Source: Flavobacteriales bacterium (GTDB lineage Bacteria; Bacteroidota; Bacteroidia; Flavobacteriales; CAJXXR01). From it: DNA of 64,000 nucleotides. The DNA is taken from NCBI GenBank assembly GCA_965243605.1, contig CBDEVQ010000100.1, positions 45,888-109,887 on the forward strand, written 5' to 3'. Shown here one piece after another: positions 1 through 9,459 of the stretch; position 1 is the stretch's first letter, and every line of letters starts with the position of its first letter. The position numbers and the translations under genes were made by a program. Under the pieces are notes generated by a model. That model was not told where the DNA came from. It worked only from the letters and a program-made list of their open reading frames with translations, and made no database searches.

Positions 1-2
1 TT

Positions 3-329
3 AGGAAATATGTGTATTTAGTTGTTTTAAATATATTTAGGATAATAACATACTCTGTTCAACATGGAATTATTGTTATGATATTAGGTTTGTTTACAAT
101 AAAGTTTAAGCTGGTAAATGTACTTGTGCTGATCCATAGTTTAGGAGCATTATTACCACATATTTTTGGGACAGAAATCTTTATGAAATCAGCGATATTC
201 GAATTAATTGATATTAATCTATTATCTTGGGAAAGCTTTGTACTTTCTGTAATTTTATTGTGGATTATGAACATTGTATTACCTGCTTTAATAGCATTAG
301 GTTTAAAGAAATATGATTATAGTAGTTAG
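3..329 (+). CDS. C-terminal part of an integral membrane protein (possibly flippase-like/LPG-synthase TM family), truncated by the window start
   Basis: The frame is open from position 3 (the ORF-track GTG at 12 is probably internal). It is very hydrophobic, ends ...LLWIMNIVLPALI, and overlaps the GT2 gene. Confidence 0.45.
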   Translation, partial: RKYVYLVVLNIFRIITYSVQHGIIVMILGLFTIKFKLVNVLVLIHSLGALLPHIFGTEIFMKSAIFELIDINLLSWESFVLSVILLWIMNIVLPALIALGLKKYDYSS

Positions 330-1410
330 TTTATGTATTATATTTTGGGTCTATTTATTCTTAAGTCAGTCTAAAAAGGAACCATTATTTCAATCTGAAG
401 GTTTTGGAGGTAACGTTTCTATTATTATTGCTTTTAGAAATGAAAGTAAAAATATTATACCATTAATTTCTGCATTAGAAGATCAATTAATGATTGATAA
501 AGATAAGGTTCAAGTTGTATTAATTAATGATCATTCTCATGACAATGGAGTACAAATTATAGAAGATTGGAAAAAGACTACTCAATATAATATTAATTGT
601 ATTGATTTGTTGGATAAACAAGGTAAGAAGTCTGCACTTCGAATGGGTGTTTCTGAAGCAATGTATGAACAATTATTATTTACAGATGCAGATTGTATAC
701 CCCATAAGTATTGGATAAGTCAAATGGCTTATTTATTCAATAAGAAAAATACAGATTTACTTATTGGTTCTGTGTGGTACAAAGAATCAACGGATTTTTT
801 TTTAAGATTACAGGCTTTAGAATTTAGTGTTTTACAATCTATTACAGCATATAGTACAGAAGCCAATTGGCCATTTATGTGTAATGGTGCTAATATTATG
901 ACGAGTAAGCAGATATATAATAAGTATTTATTGGAAGGAAATACTGAACGATATATTAGTGGTGATGATGTGTTTTATTTGGATTTCTTAATTCGTAATA
1001 AATTTAGAATAGCTTATGCGAATTCGAGTGAAGCTATGGTTGAAACCGAAGCGGAAATTGGGTTAGGAAGTTTTATTCAACAACGTTTAAGATGGAGCTC
1101 TAAAATTAAATATTATAAGAATATTAAAATGATTCTACCGAGTATTCTTTTTAGTTTATGGTCTGTTAGCTTAATTTTCATTTTATGTTTATTAATTTGG
1201 TATCCATTATGGAAGGTGTTAATATGCATGGGTATCAAATTTATTATTGATTATACGGTCGTATATACACATTATAAAAAGTTTGATAAACGATTTTTGA
1301 AATTTGATTATTTAACTTTGGCGTTAAGTTATCCTCTTTATGTAATAAGTATTGGGATTTTATCATTTTTTAAAAGATTTACTTGGAAAAATAGAGTAGC
1401 TAAAGCATGA
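313..1410 (+). CDS. Glycosyltransferase family 2, membrane-bound
   Basis: VSIIIAFRNE, INDHSHD, DxD motif (FTDADC), SGDD and QxxRW (QQRLRW); TM helices at both ends. Confidence 0.9.
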   Translation: MIIVVSLCIIFWVYLFLSQSKKEPLFQSEGFGGNVSIIIAFRNESKNIIPLISALEDQLMIDKDKVQVVLINDHSHDNGVQIIEDWKKTTQYNINCIDLLDKQGKKSALRMGVSEAMYEQLLFTDADCIPHKYWISQMAYLFNKKNTDLLIGSVWYKESTDFFLRLQALEFSVLQSITAYSTEANWPFMCNGANIMTSKQIYNKYLLEGNTERYISGDDVFYLDFLIRNKFRIAYANSSEAMVETEAEIGLGSFIQQRLRWSSKIKYYKNIKMILPSILFSLWSVSLIFILCLLIWYPLWKVLICMGIKFIIDYTVVYTHYKKFDKRFLKFDYLTLALSYPLYVISIGILSFFKRFTWKNRVAKA

Positions 1411-2378
1411 AAAAATCATCACCTTTTAAATTATACTTTGCATTGGGAATTATCATCCCGATGATCTTTATGTCTATAACAGCTTCATGGTGGATTCCTG
1501 ATCAAACTGAGCATGCTAATACTATGCATATAGCGCTCGCAACCCAAAAACCTGGAACTGTAATTAATCAGATACAAATAAAAGACGGTAGTTATAAAGA
1601 ATTTGATGAGATTGAAATAAAAGATGATTTTGTTGTCTTAAATATGGATGGGAAATCCATGCGAATCCAATCGAAGGAGTTGTATTCGGATAATATTCAA
1701 GAAAATATTGTTCAGAAAAGCTTTTATTTAGGGTCAGATCGATTTGGAAGAGATTATTTAAGTCGGTTAATATTGGGTTCTAGAGTCTCTTTAATGGCAG
1801 GTTTTATATCCATCTTAATTTCATTATTGATTGGAACCTTTTTAGGATTGTTGGCCGGATATTATGGAGGAAAGGTTGATAAAGCAATTATGTGGTTAGT
1901 AAATGTAATGTGGTCTGTGCCAACCTTACTACTTGCTATTGCGATCACCTTATCTTTAGGGAAAGGAATGTGGCAAGTTTTTTTAGCCATTGGATTAACA
2001 ATGTGGGTAGAAGTGGCCAGAATATTAAGAGGGAAAGTTATTGTTGAACGTGAAAAAGAATATGTTTTAGCACTTAAGACTTTAGGGATTTCAAATTTCA
2101 GAATTATAAAAAACCATATACTGCCCAATGTTTTTCATCCAATAATTATCATTTGTGCGGCCAATTTTTCAACGGCCATATTATTAGAAGCAGGTTTAAG
2201 TTTCTTAGGAATAGGTGCAGAATCACCAATACCTACATGGGGGAAAATGATAAAAGACCACTATTCATATATCGTTCTAGATAAAGCATACTTAGCACTA
2301 TTACCTGGTTTAGGAATACTATTGTTGGTAATGGCATTTATGAGTTTAGGGAATTATTTAAAAGAAAAGTTAGTGTAA
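1407..2378 (+). CDS. ABC transporter permease, DppC/OppC type
   Basis: LGSDRFGRDYLSRLILG, EAA-like loop (EYVLALKTLG), EAGLSFLGIG..PTWG. Confidence 0.9.
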   Translation: MKKSSPFKLYFALGIIIPMIFMSITASWWIPDQTEHANTMHIALATQKPGTVINQIQIKDGSYKEFDEIEIKDDFVVLNMDGKSMRIQSKELYSDNIQENIVQKSFYLGSDRFGRDYLSRLILGSRVSLMAGFISILISLLIGTFLGLLAGYYGGKVDKAIMWLVNVMWSVPTLLLAIAITLSLGKGMWQVFLAIGLTMWVEVARILRGKVIVEREKEYVLALKTLGISNFRIIKNHILPNVFHPIIIICAANFSTAILLEAGLSFLGIGAESPIPTWGKMIKDHYSYIVLDKAYLALLPGLGILLLVMAFMSLGNYLKEKLV

Positions 2379-2380
2379 TT

Positions 2381-3094
2381 TTAACTAAAGTCTGAGTAAA
2401 TAATTTGTTCATTTGAAAGCAACGCAAGGTTTTTCCATTTTAATACCAGTTGAGCAGTTGTAGCAACATCTTTTTCACAATATATTGCGATTCTTTTTAG
2501 GTTATTTTCTTGCCAATACACACGACCTACTTCACTTCCATCAATATCATCTTTTGGACTTGGAATGTTAAATAGTTTAGCCAATAATTTTAATGAAGTG
2601 TAGTGCTTGTAATCTCCAAATTTCCATTGATCAAGCGTATCTATATGTTTTATTTCCCATGGCTTTTTCCCTGCTAAATCCAGTTGATATGGCAATTGAA
2701 TTCCATGAATTAACATTCTTCTACAAATAAAAGGAAGGTCAAATTCTTTAATATTATGACCGCAAAATGAATAATTGGAGAAGTTTGACAATACGTCAGC
2801 GAACTCCTCTAGGAGAATTTGCTCATCATGTCCGTAAAATGATCTAAACCTAAGCTGGTTCTCTTTGTTTATTTTAGCAAGGTAGGCGATACTAATGCAT
2901 ACAATTTTCCCAAATTCTGCCCAAATCCCAGCACGATCATAAAATTCTTCAGGACTATAGTCGTCTTTTCGTTGATACGCCGTTTTTTGTGCAAAGTATT
3001 CTTGCATTTCTGAATCGATATCAGAAAATGAAGCTGTTTGACTTACAGTTTCGATATCTATATATAATAGATTATAAGGATTAAGATGCTTCAT
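2381..3094 (-). CDS. 3'-5' exonuclease (DEDDy, PolB-exonuclease-like)
   Basis: ExoI YIDIET, ExoII GHNIKEFDLPF, ExoIII YCEKD. Confidence 0.85.
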   Translation of the reverse strand: MKHLNPYNLLYIDIETVSQTASFSDIDSEMQEYFAQKTAYQRKDDYSPEEFYDRAGIWAEFGKIVCISIAYLAKINKENQLRFRSFYGHDEQILLEEFADVLSNFSNYSFCGHNIKEFDLPFICRRMLIHGIQLPYQLDLAGKKPWEIKHIDTLDQWKFGDYKHYTSLKLLAKLFNIPSPKDDIDGSEVGRVYWQENNLKRIAIYCEKDVATTAQLVLKWKNLALLSNEQIIYSDFS

Positions 3095-4670
3095 ATTCTA
3101 ATATTTCTAAAGCTTTCAATACATCAGAATCGGTAGAGTTTTGTGTTCTATATAAACCTGAATTAGACCAGTTTCTACTACCGATACTTATTTTTAATTG
3201 TTCTATTAAGAATTTTTTCTCTCGTTTACTAAACTTAAAGTCACTAGAAATTATTTCTTTATCCTTAGATAAGTCAATAACTTTCCTCCAAAGGAAATCA
3301 TCTATTGTAAATGAATTTACAAAAGTTGTAATACCCATTTTGTCTAAAAAGGCTCTATTACCATCAACATATTCAAAAGCTACTGTACGTAGAATGCGGT
3401 TTGAAAATATCAAATTTAATTGATAACGATACAAATTGGTGTCTGTAGGAACGTAGACATCTGGATAAATTCCACCACCACCATAAACTGTTCTTCCGCT
3501 TTTAGTTTTAAATATTAAACTATCAGGAATAATAAGATTAGAATCTAAAGATTGATCCTCATCTTGTTTTTGTCGGTCTAATATTTCGGTGTAATAGGCT
3601 TTATCTCCATTGGCATATGACCTTTGAATTGAACGACCAGATGGTGTATAGTATCTTGCCGTTGTTATTCTTGATGCAGTTCCATCACTATATTTATACT
3701 CTTCTTGTACCAATCCTTTTCCAAAAGAACGTCTTCCAACAATAGTTCCTTTATCGTTATCTTGTATTGCACCAGCAACAATTTCACTTGCGGAAGCAGA
3801 TCCTTCGTCAACTAATATAACTAATGGCTTATCTGCAAATCGACCATAACGTTCTGCAAAATATTTTTTAATAGGTCTATTTCGTCCTTTTGTATAAACA
3901 ATGAGTTCACTTTTATTCAAAAAGTACTGAGAAAGTGCAACAGCAGCACTAAGGTATCCTCCTGGATTTCCACGTAAATCAACAATTAATTTCTCTGTAC
4001 CCATTTGTCTTAATCTATTTAGGTGCTCAGAGATTTCATCTATGGTTGTTGCAGAAAATCTATTAATTTTAATATAACCTACATCATCTGTTATCATATA
4101 TGAGATATCAACACTAGTAATTGGTATCTTACCTCTAAATACATCATAAGAAAGAGAATCGTTTCCACGTTGAACGTGAACTGTAATCTTAGAACCACTA
4201 GGTCCACGAAGGTTATCAATAATTTGTTTATTCGTAATGTTACGACCAGATACCTTAAACGTATCTACCCAAGTAATTCGATCACCTTTTAGTATTCCAG
4301 CCGTTGCAGAAGGCCCACCTATAATAGGGTTAATGACAACAAGACTATCTCTAAATAATTGAAATTCTATTCCTACACCTTCAAAATTTCCTTGCATGTT
4401 TTCAGTGACAGATTTCATGTCTTCGGCCGGGAAATAATTTGAATGTGGATCTAGTTTATCCAATATCTCACCCATACTTAACTCTACAATACTATCAACA
4501 TTGATTTGATCTACGTAGTCGTTTTCAATAGCCTTAACCAACTTATGTAATTTGCTACCATTAGCAGCAAAGGTATTTGTAGTGTCAGAATTTTGAACCT
4601 TGGAGCCTAAAAAGAATCCAATGACTACAGCAAATGCTATATAGATAGGTAAAGAGTTTTTAGTATGCAT
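3081..4670 (-). CDS. S41 carboxyl-terminal processing protease (CtpA/Prc-like)
   Basis: LDPHS, PDZ region (EGVGI), DLRGNPGG, catalytic Ser (SASASEIVAGA) and Lys (SFGKG), TTARYYTPSG. Confidence 0.93.
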   Translation of the reverse strand: MHTKNSLPIYIAFAVVIGFFLGSKVQNSDTTNTFAANGSKLHKLVKAIENDYVDQINVDSIVELSMGEILDKLDPHSNYFPAEDMKSVTENMQGNFEGVGIEFQLFRDSLVVINPIIGGPSATAGILKGDRITWVDTFKVSGRNITNKQIIDNLRGPSGSKITVHVQRGNDSLSYDVFRGKIPITSVDISYMITDDVGYIKINRFSATTIDEISEHLNRLRQMGTEKLIVDLRGNPGGYLSAAVALSQYFLNKSELIVYTKGRNRPIKKYFAERYGRFADKPLVILVDEGSASASEIVAGAIQDNDKGTIVGRRSFGKGLVQEEYKYSDGTASRITTARYYTPSGRSIQRSYANGDKAYYTEILDRQKQDEDQSLDSNLIIPDSLIFKTKSGRTVYGGGGIYPDVYVPTDTNLYRYQLNLIFSNRILRTVAFEYVDGNRAFLDKMGITTFVNSFTIDDFLWRKVIDLSKDKEIISSDFKFSKREKKFLIEQLKISIGSRNWSNSGLYRTQNSTDSDVLKALEILEYEAS

Positions 4671-4675
4671 ATATT

Positions 4676-5104
4676 TTATTCTTCCAAATGTAATTGATCA
4701 ACAATAATTCCCGCACGTTTTAATAAATCTATCCCAGATGTATCGCGATATCCATTTAAATACACCACTCTTTTTACACCGGCTTGTAAAACAAGTTTGC
4801 TACATTCTTTACAAGGAGATAAAGTAACATATAAGGTGGAACCTTCTGAGCTTTGAGTAGATTTAGCAACTTTTGTTAAAGCATTTGCTTCGGCATGCAA
4901 AACATACCATTTTGTATAATGATCTTCATCTTCACAAACATTTTCAAACCCTGAAGGTGTTCCATTATACCCATCAGAAATTAGCATTTTATCTTTAACC
5001 ATAAGTGCACCAACTTGTTTTCGCTTACAGTATGAGAGTTTAGCCCATTCTAATGCCATTCGCATATATGCTTTATCGTAAATTAATTGCTTTTCAGTAG
5101 ACAT
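4676..5104 (-). CDS. dCMP deaminase (ComEB-like)
   Basis: HAEANA and SPCKEC zinc motifs; GYNGTPSG. Confidence 0.92.
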   Translation of the reverse strand: MSTEKQLIYDKAYMRMALEWAKLSYCKRKQVGALMVKDKMLISDGYNGTPSGFENVCEDEDHYTKWYVLHAEANALTKVAKSTQSSEGSTLYVTLSPCKECSKLVLQAGVKRVVYLNGYRDTSGIDLLKRAGIIVDQLHLEE

Positions 5105-5187
5105 AATATGTATAGAATATAATAGTAGTTATTGAATCCCTACAATAATTGGAACATGTAGGAAGGGTTAAAGTTATGCAAGTTGTT

Positions 5188-5856
5188 TTATAATTGATCG
5201 ATACCTTGTTTAATATTTAAATAGATATCGTTAATGTTAGCATCCATCATATAAGCAGGAACACATGTAATGCCTAAATCAAGATCAGAAACAATTTCTG
5301 TTTTAGAAGCATTTTTACAAGTTGCACCTAAACTTTCCATTTGCTCATGAATACTTTTAATATCATAAGGAGAAGATTCATTAATACTTCCTACCGATAA
5401 AATAGCATTATAGTTTGAGTTTTCAAGAGCTTTAGCAACAACAGTAGGTCCCATACACATGGCCACTAACTTTTTCTTACTGTCTAGAGTATTTATTATG
5501 GCTTGCTTAACAACATCCTCTATATCTCCATCTTTACCACTAAAGGCCCATTGAGTTAAATTTTTAGCGGCACCAAATCCACCAATTATAATTAGTCCAT
5601 CAAAATCTGAAGGATTATATGTTGAAAGGTCAGAAATTTCTCCTCTAGAAATTCTAGAAGATTCAATCATACAGTTTCTAGATTGATTAATTTCTTCTCC
5701 TGTCATGTGATTAATAACATGATGTTGCTCTTTGTTTGGAGCAAAACATGAATATTGGTGTCCGGCCTGATTTAAGCATAAGAAAGTTAAGACACTTTCT
5801 TGAATTTCAGATCCATCATAAACTCCACATCCTGATAAAATGATAGCAACTTTCAT
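5188..5856 (-). CDS. elbB: ElbB/ES1-type glyoxalase (DJ-1/PfpI superfamily)
   Basis: LSGCGVYDGSEIQE N-terminus; GGFGAAKNL; Cys in AMCMGP. Confidence 0.88.
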   Translation of the reverse strand: MKVAIILSGCGVYDGSEIQESVLTFLCLNQAGHQYSCFAPNKEQHHVINHMTGEEINQSRNCMIESSRISRGEISDLSTYNPSDFDGLIIIGGFGAAKNLTQWAFSGKDGDIEDVVKQAIINTLDSKKKLVAMCMGPTVVAKALENSNYNAILSVGSINESSPYDIKSIHEQMESLGATCKNASKTEIVSDLDLGITCVPAYMMDANINDIYLNIKQGIDQL

Positions 5857-6827
5857 TATTCAAATCCTAATTGTGTTCTTACTCTACTTAAAACTTTGTC
5901 ACCAATTGAATTTGCTTTTTTAGCACCTTTTGCTAAAACAGCATCAATTAATACTTTATCATCCATAAGCATTTTAAACTTCGCTCTAGGTTCTTCAAAT
6001 ACATCAATAATTATTTCGTATAAAGCTTGTTTTGCATGACCATAACCATAATTACCACCAGTATAATTATTACGCATGTTTAAAATTTGCTCGTCTGTAG
6101 CAAGAAGTTTATATATAGAAAAAACATTACAAGTATCCGGATCCTTAGGGTCTTCCATAGGCGTAGCATCCGTAACAATTTTCATAATTTGCTTACGTAA
6201 AGGCTTATCTTCTTGAAAAATATTTATAAAATTTCCATATGATTTACTCATTTTACGACCATCAATACCAGGTACGGTCATTACAGATTCATCTATTTTC
6301 GATTCTGGAATAACAAATGTATCTCCATAATGATGATTAAAAGAACCAGCAATGTCTCTAGTCATTTCTAAATGTTGCTTTTGGTCTTTACCAACAGGAA
6401 CAACTTCGGCATCATATAATAATATATCTGCAGCCATTAAAACGGGGTACGTGAAAAGTCCAGTATTAACATCTGATAAATTACTAGCTTTATCTTTAAA
6501 AGAATGTGCATTAGCTAACATAGGATATGGAGCTACACAATTTAAATACCAAGTTAATTCAGTCACTTGAGCTACATCTGATTGACGGTATAAAATGTTT
6601 TTATCCGTATCAAATCCAAATGCCAACCAAACAGCAGCTGTAGCATATGTATTTTCTCTGACTAAATCAGAATTTTTTGTACTAGTTAGTGAATGTAAAT
6701 TAGCAATAAAGAATAAACATTCGTTACTAGGGTTTTCGGCTAATTTTAATGCTGGTATAATTGCACCTAAAATATTTCCTAAATGTGGTATACCGCTACT
6801 TTGAATTCCTGTTAAAACTCTAGACAT
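5856..6827 (-). CDS. trpS: Tryptophan--tRNA ligase
   Basis: HIGH variant HLGN, KMSKS, YPVLMAADILLY, VPVGKDQKQH. Confidence 0.97.
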   Translation of the reverse strand: MSRVLTGIQSSGIPHLGNILGAIIPALKLAENPSNECLFFIANLHSLTSTKNSDLVRENTYATAAVWLAFGFDTDKNILYRQSDVAQVTELTWYLNCVAPYPMLANAHSFKDKASNLSDVNTGLFTYPVLMAADILLYDAEVVPVGKDQKQHLEMTRDIAGSFNHHYGDTFVIPESKIDESVMTVPGIDGRKMSKSYGNFINIFQEDKPLRKQIMKIVTDATPMEDPKDPDTCNVFSIYKLLATDEQILNMRNNYTGGNYGYGHAKQALYEIIIDVFEEPRAKFKMLMDDKVLIDAVLAKGAKKANSIGDKVLSRVRTQLGFE

Positions 6828-7055
6828 TCTTTTTTATTTATCAATTTAAACAAATTTAAATTTTTCTAAGCGATTAATCTTCATTCTTTATTGAAAACAT
6901 AGCTTATTATTCATATCGAATATAAGAGTTGAATATAGAGAAATTAAAGCAATAATTGTATGTTGAATAGATTTGGTTTATACGAAATGAAAGTATGTAG
7001 AGTTTTATATCTTTGAGAAACTCATAATGATTGTTGAATTAGTGAACTGTTAAGT

Positions 7056-7751
7056 ATGCCTGAACCATTACATGTTGTTATAATAGATGATGAAAAGCCT
7101 GCCGTAGATATTTTAACAAGGTTTGTAAAAAAAATACCATTCTTAAAATTGATGTTGTCAACAACCGATGCATTTGAAGGGTTAGAATTACTTAATTCGA
7201 AACGTATTGATGTTTTATTTATTGATATTGAAATGCCAGATATAAGTGGTGTTGAATTAATAAAATCATTAGAGAATAGTCCAATAATAATATTTACAAC
7301 AGCCTTTAAAGAATATGCACTTGAAGGTTATGAATTAGATGTTGTAGATTATTTGCTAAAACCCATTCGGTTCGAGCGTTTTCTAAAAGCCGTTAATAAA
7401 GCACATAATTTACATAATTTAAAACATCAGGAAACAAAAGATTTAGAAGATAGCATCTTATTAAAAGTTGAATATAAAACGATAAGGTTAAAGTTTAGTG
7501 ATATTATGTATATAGAAGGATGTAAAGATTATGTGAAAGTTTATACTCCAGAACGAATGTTGTTAACACGTTTAAATTTAAAGAATATTCAAACCAAACT
7601 ACCAGAAAATCAGTTTATACGGATTCATAGATCTTTTATTGTTGCTTTATCAAAGATTACTCAATTTCAAAAAAACGAATTATATATTGGTGAGAAAGTT
7701 TTGCCTATTGGTGAGTATTATAAAGAAGATGTTCTAAAAGTTCTTAATTAA
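7056..7751 (+). CDS. LytTR-family response regulator
   Basis: Receiver IIDDE, phospho-Asp FIDIEMP, DYLLKP; LytTR FIRIHRSFIV. Confidence 0.95.
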   Translation: MPEPLHVVIIDDEKPAVDILTRFVKKIPFLKLMLSTTDAFEGLELLNSKRIDVLFIDIEMPDISGVELIKSLENSPIIIFTTAFKEYALEGYELDVVDYLLKPIRFERFLKAVNKAHNLHNLKHQETKDLEDSILLKVEYKTIRLKFSDIMYIEGCKDYVKVYTPERMLLTRLNLKNIQTKLPENQFIRIHRSFIVALSKITQFQKNELYIGEKVLPIGEYYKEDVLKVLN

Positions 7752-7753
7752 TT

Positions 7754-7805
7754 TTTAGTCTACACATTTAATGCTTTAGTCTACACATTTCTCAGGCTAA
7801 GTCTA
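7754..7805 (+). promoter_or_regulatory. Putative LytTR-binding direct repeats
   Basis: Perfect 16-bp repeat TTTAGTCTACACATTT at 7754-7769 and 7775-7790 (period 21), plus a third partial AGTCTA at 7800-7805; lies upstream of a TATCTTTG promoter box at 7847-7854. Confidence 0.7.
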
Positions 7806-7878
7806 TTATATAATTTAATGTTGTAATTTGTACAACCGTCCGTCGTTATCTTTGTATTAACCCTTAATTAGAAATGAT

Positions 7879-8715
7879 ATGAAATATACGTTGTTAGCTA
7901 TAGTATCTTTTTTTATACTAGCATGTAAAAAAGAAGGAAGTTCTTCAAAAACAATCGTAAACTCAGGAAACGATCCAAATTTCACAATTGTTCAGAATAC
8001 AGATGCTGAACTTATTAGTTTTAATAGGAAAGTATCTGTTTTTGGAATAGATATTTATGCTGTGCCTAAAGTTGAAGATGTTAAATTATTACATGCAGCC
8101 AATGTAATGGCTCAATATTTAGATAATAATGAAGATGGCATTATTGATAATATGGCGGTATTAGATAAAATGTTAGAGAATAAAGCCTTTGTCATCATGT
8201 GGAAATCAGAATCGGACTTTCCAAATACTTTTCCAGTTGGAAGAATCGGACAAGATTTAGGTAATGATGAAACCATTCCAAGTTGGCACACCAATGGCCA
8301 TACAGGAAATTTCGATGCTACACTAGAGGAAATCTGGCATATTATTACCGCATCTGGATATTCACAAGCCTATCCAAATATATTTGGTGAATATTCTGGA
8401 ACAACACTTACTAATGCTATGGACGTAGCTAGGGGAGGTCATTTTGAGACTATTCCTGCTCCATACCCTACAAATGCTTGGTATAGTTATGATGACCAAA
8501 CTTGCGATTATAATTGTATGGCAACAGAATATATTTATTGGGCTATGTCTTCAATATTAGGAGCGCAAGAGAATCGATTAAATGAAATTGATAACGAGTG
8601 GAAATTAAATACTAAAGATCTTGTAGAGAGTACAGATGTAGATGTCTTTCAACTATTAACAAACTCGACTTATAAACTTCCAACAGTATTACCCGATGGA
8701 ACTTATAAACACTAG
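7879..8715 (+). CDS. Uncharacterised lipoprotein with a metallopeptidase-like EExxH motif
   Basis: Lipobox ILAC; ATLEEIWHII followed by CDYNCMATEYIYW. Confidence 0.6.
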   Translation: MKYTLLAIVSFFILACKKEGSSSKTIVNSGNDPNFTIVQNTDAELISFNRKVSVFGIDIYAVPKVEDVKLLHAANVMAQYLDNNEDGIIDNMAVLDKMLENKAFVIMWKSESDFPNTFPVGRIGQDLGNDETIPSWHTNGHTGNFDATLEEIWHIITASGYSQAYPNIFGEYSGTTLTNAMDVARGGHFETIPAPYPTNAWYSYDDQTCDYNCMATEYIYWAMSSILGAQENRLNEIDNEWKLNTKDLVESTDVDVFQLLTNSTYKLPTVLPDGTYKH

Positions 8716-8747
8716 TAAGCAGAAGTATTAATTAAAATAATGAGGTT

Positions 8748-9437
8748 ATGAAAAGGAAGTCATTTATTAAAACAGGGCTTATAGGATTCGGCTCTTTAAT
8801 TGCTTCACCAGCTCTATTAAGTGCGTGTTCTAAAAGTGATGATGATAGTTCATCTGGTTCTTCTACTTGTAAATCTACACCTAAAGAAATTGCAGGGCCA
8901 TTTCCAATTAAATCCCCTGCAGATATGGTAAAGTCTAACATCATTGGAGATCGCGAAGGTATTCCTTTAGTTATTCGGTTTATTATTCAAGACATCAATA
9001 ACAACTGTGAAATTGTTGAAGGTGTTTCTGTGGATGTTTGGCAGTGCGATGCGCATGGGAATTACTCTGAATACAACAACCAACAAGAGGGCGACTTTAC
9101 AACCAAACATTTCTTGAGAGGAAGACAGGTGACAGACATAAATGGGGAAGCTACATTTGTAAGTATTTACCCAGGATGGTACCCTGGTAGAGCACCTCAT
9201 TTACATGTAGAAATTAAGGATGCCCAAAATAAATCGTTATTAATAACGCAGATTGCATTTCCTGAAGATATTTCTTCACAAGTTTATACCTCAGGAAAAT
9301 ATACAGGAGATTTTGATACATCGAATTCATCCGACGGTTCTTTTAGTAATAGTTTAAGCCGTAATATAGCAGATTCAGTTGCCGGAGATAATAACTCAGG
9401 ATATACCTTGATGAAAATAATTAAAGTGTCCATTTAG
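8748..9437 (+). CDS. Exported intradiol ring-cleavage dioxygenase-family lipoprotein
   Basis: Tat-like KRKSFIK plus lipobox LSAC; EIAGPF, VDVWQCDAHGNY, RGRQVTD, PGWYPGRAPHLH (Tyr/Tyr/His/His iron ligands present). Confidence 0.88.
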   Translation: MKRKSFIKTGLIGFGSLIASPALLSACSKSDDDSSSGSSTCKSTPKEIAGPFPIKSPADMVKSNIIGDREGIPLVIRFIIQDINNNCEIVEGVSVDVWQCDAHGNYSEYNNQQEGDFTTKHFLRGRQVTDINGEATFVSIYPGWYPGRAPHLHVEIKDAQNKSLLITQIAFPEDISSQVYTSGKYTGDFDTSNSSDGSFSNSLSRNIADSVAGDNNSGYTLMKIIKVSI

Positions 9438-9459
9438 TTTGTAAATAAAATAAATTTCC

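Noticed and set aside
7754-7805. Possible mini-CRISPR or tandem repeat
   Set aside because: Only two 16-bp copies with a 5-bp spacer and no cas genes; the pattern fits a transcription-factor site.
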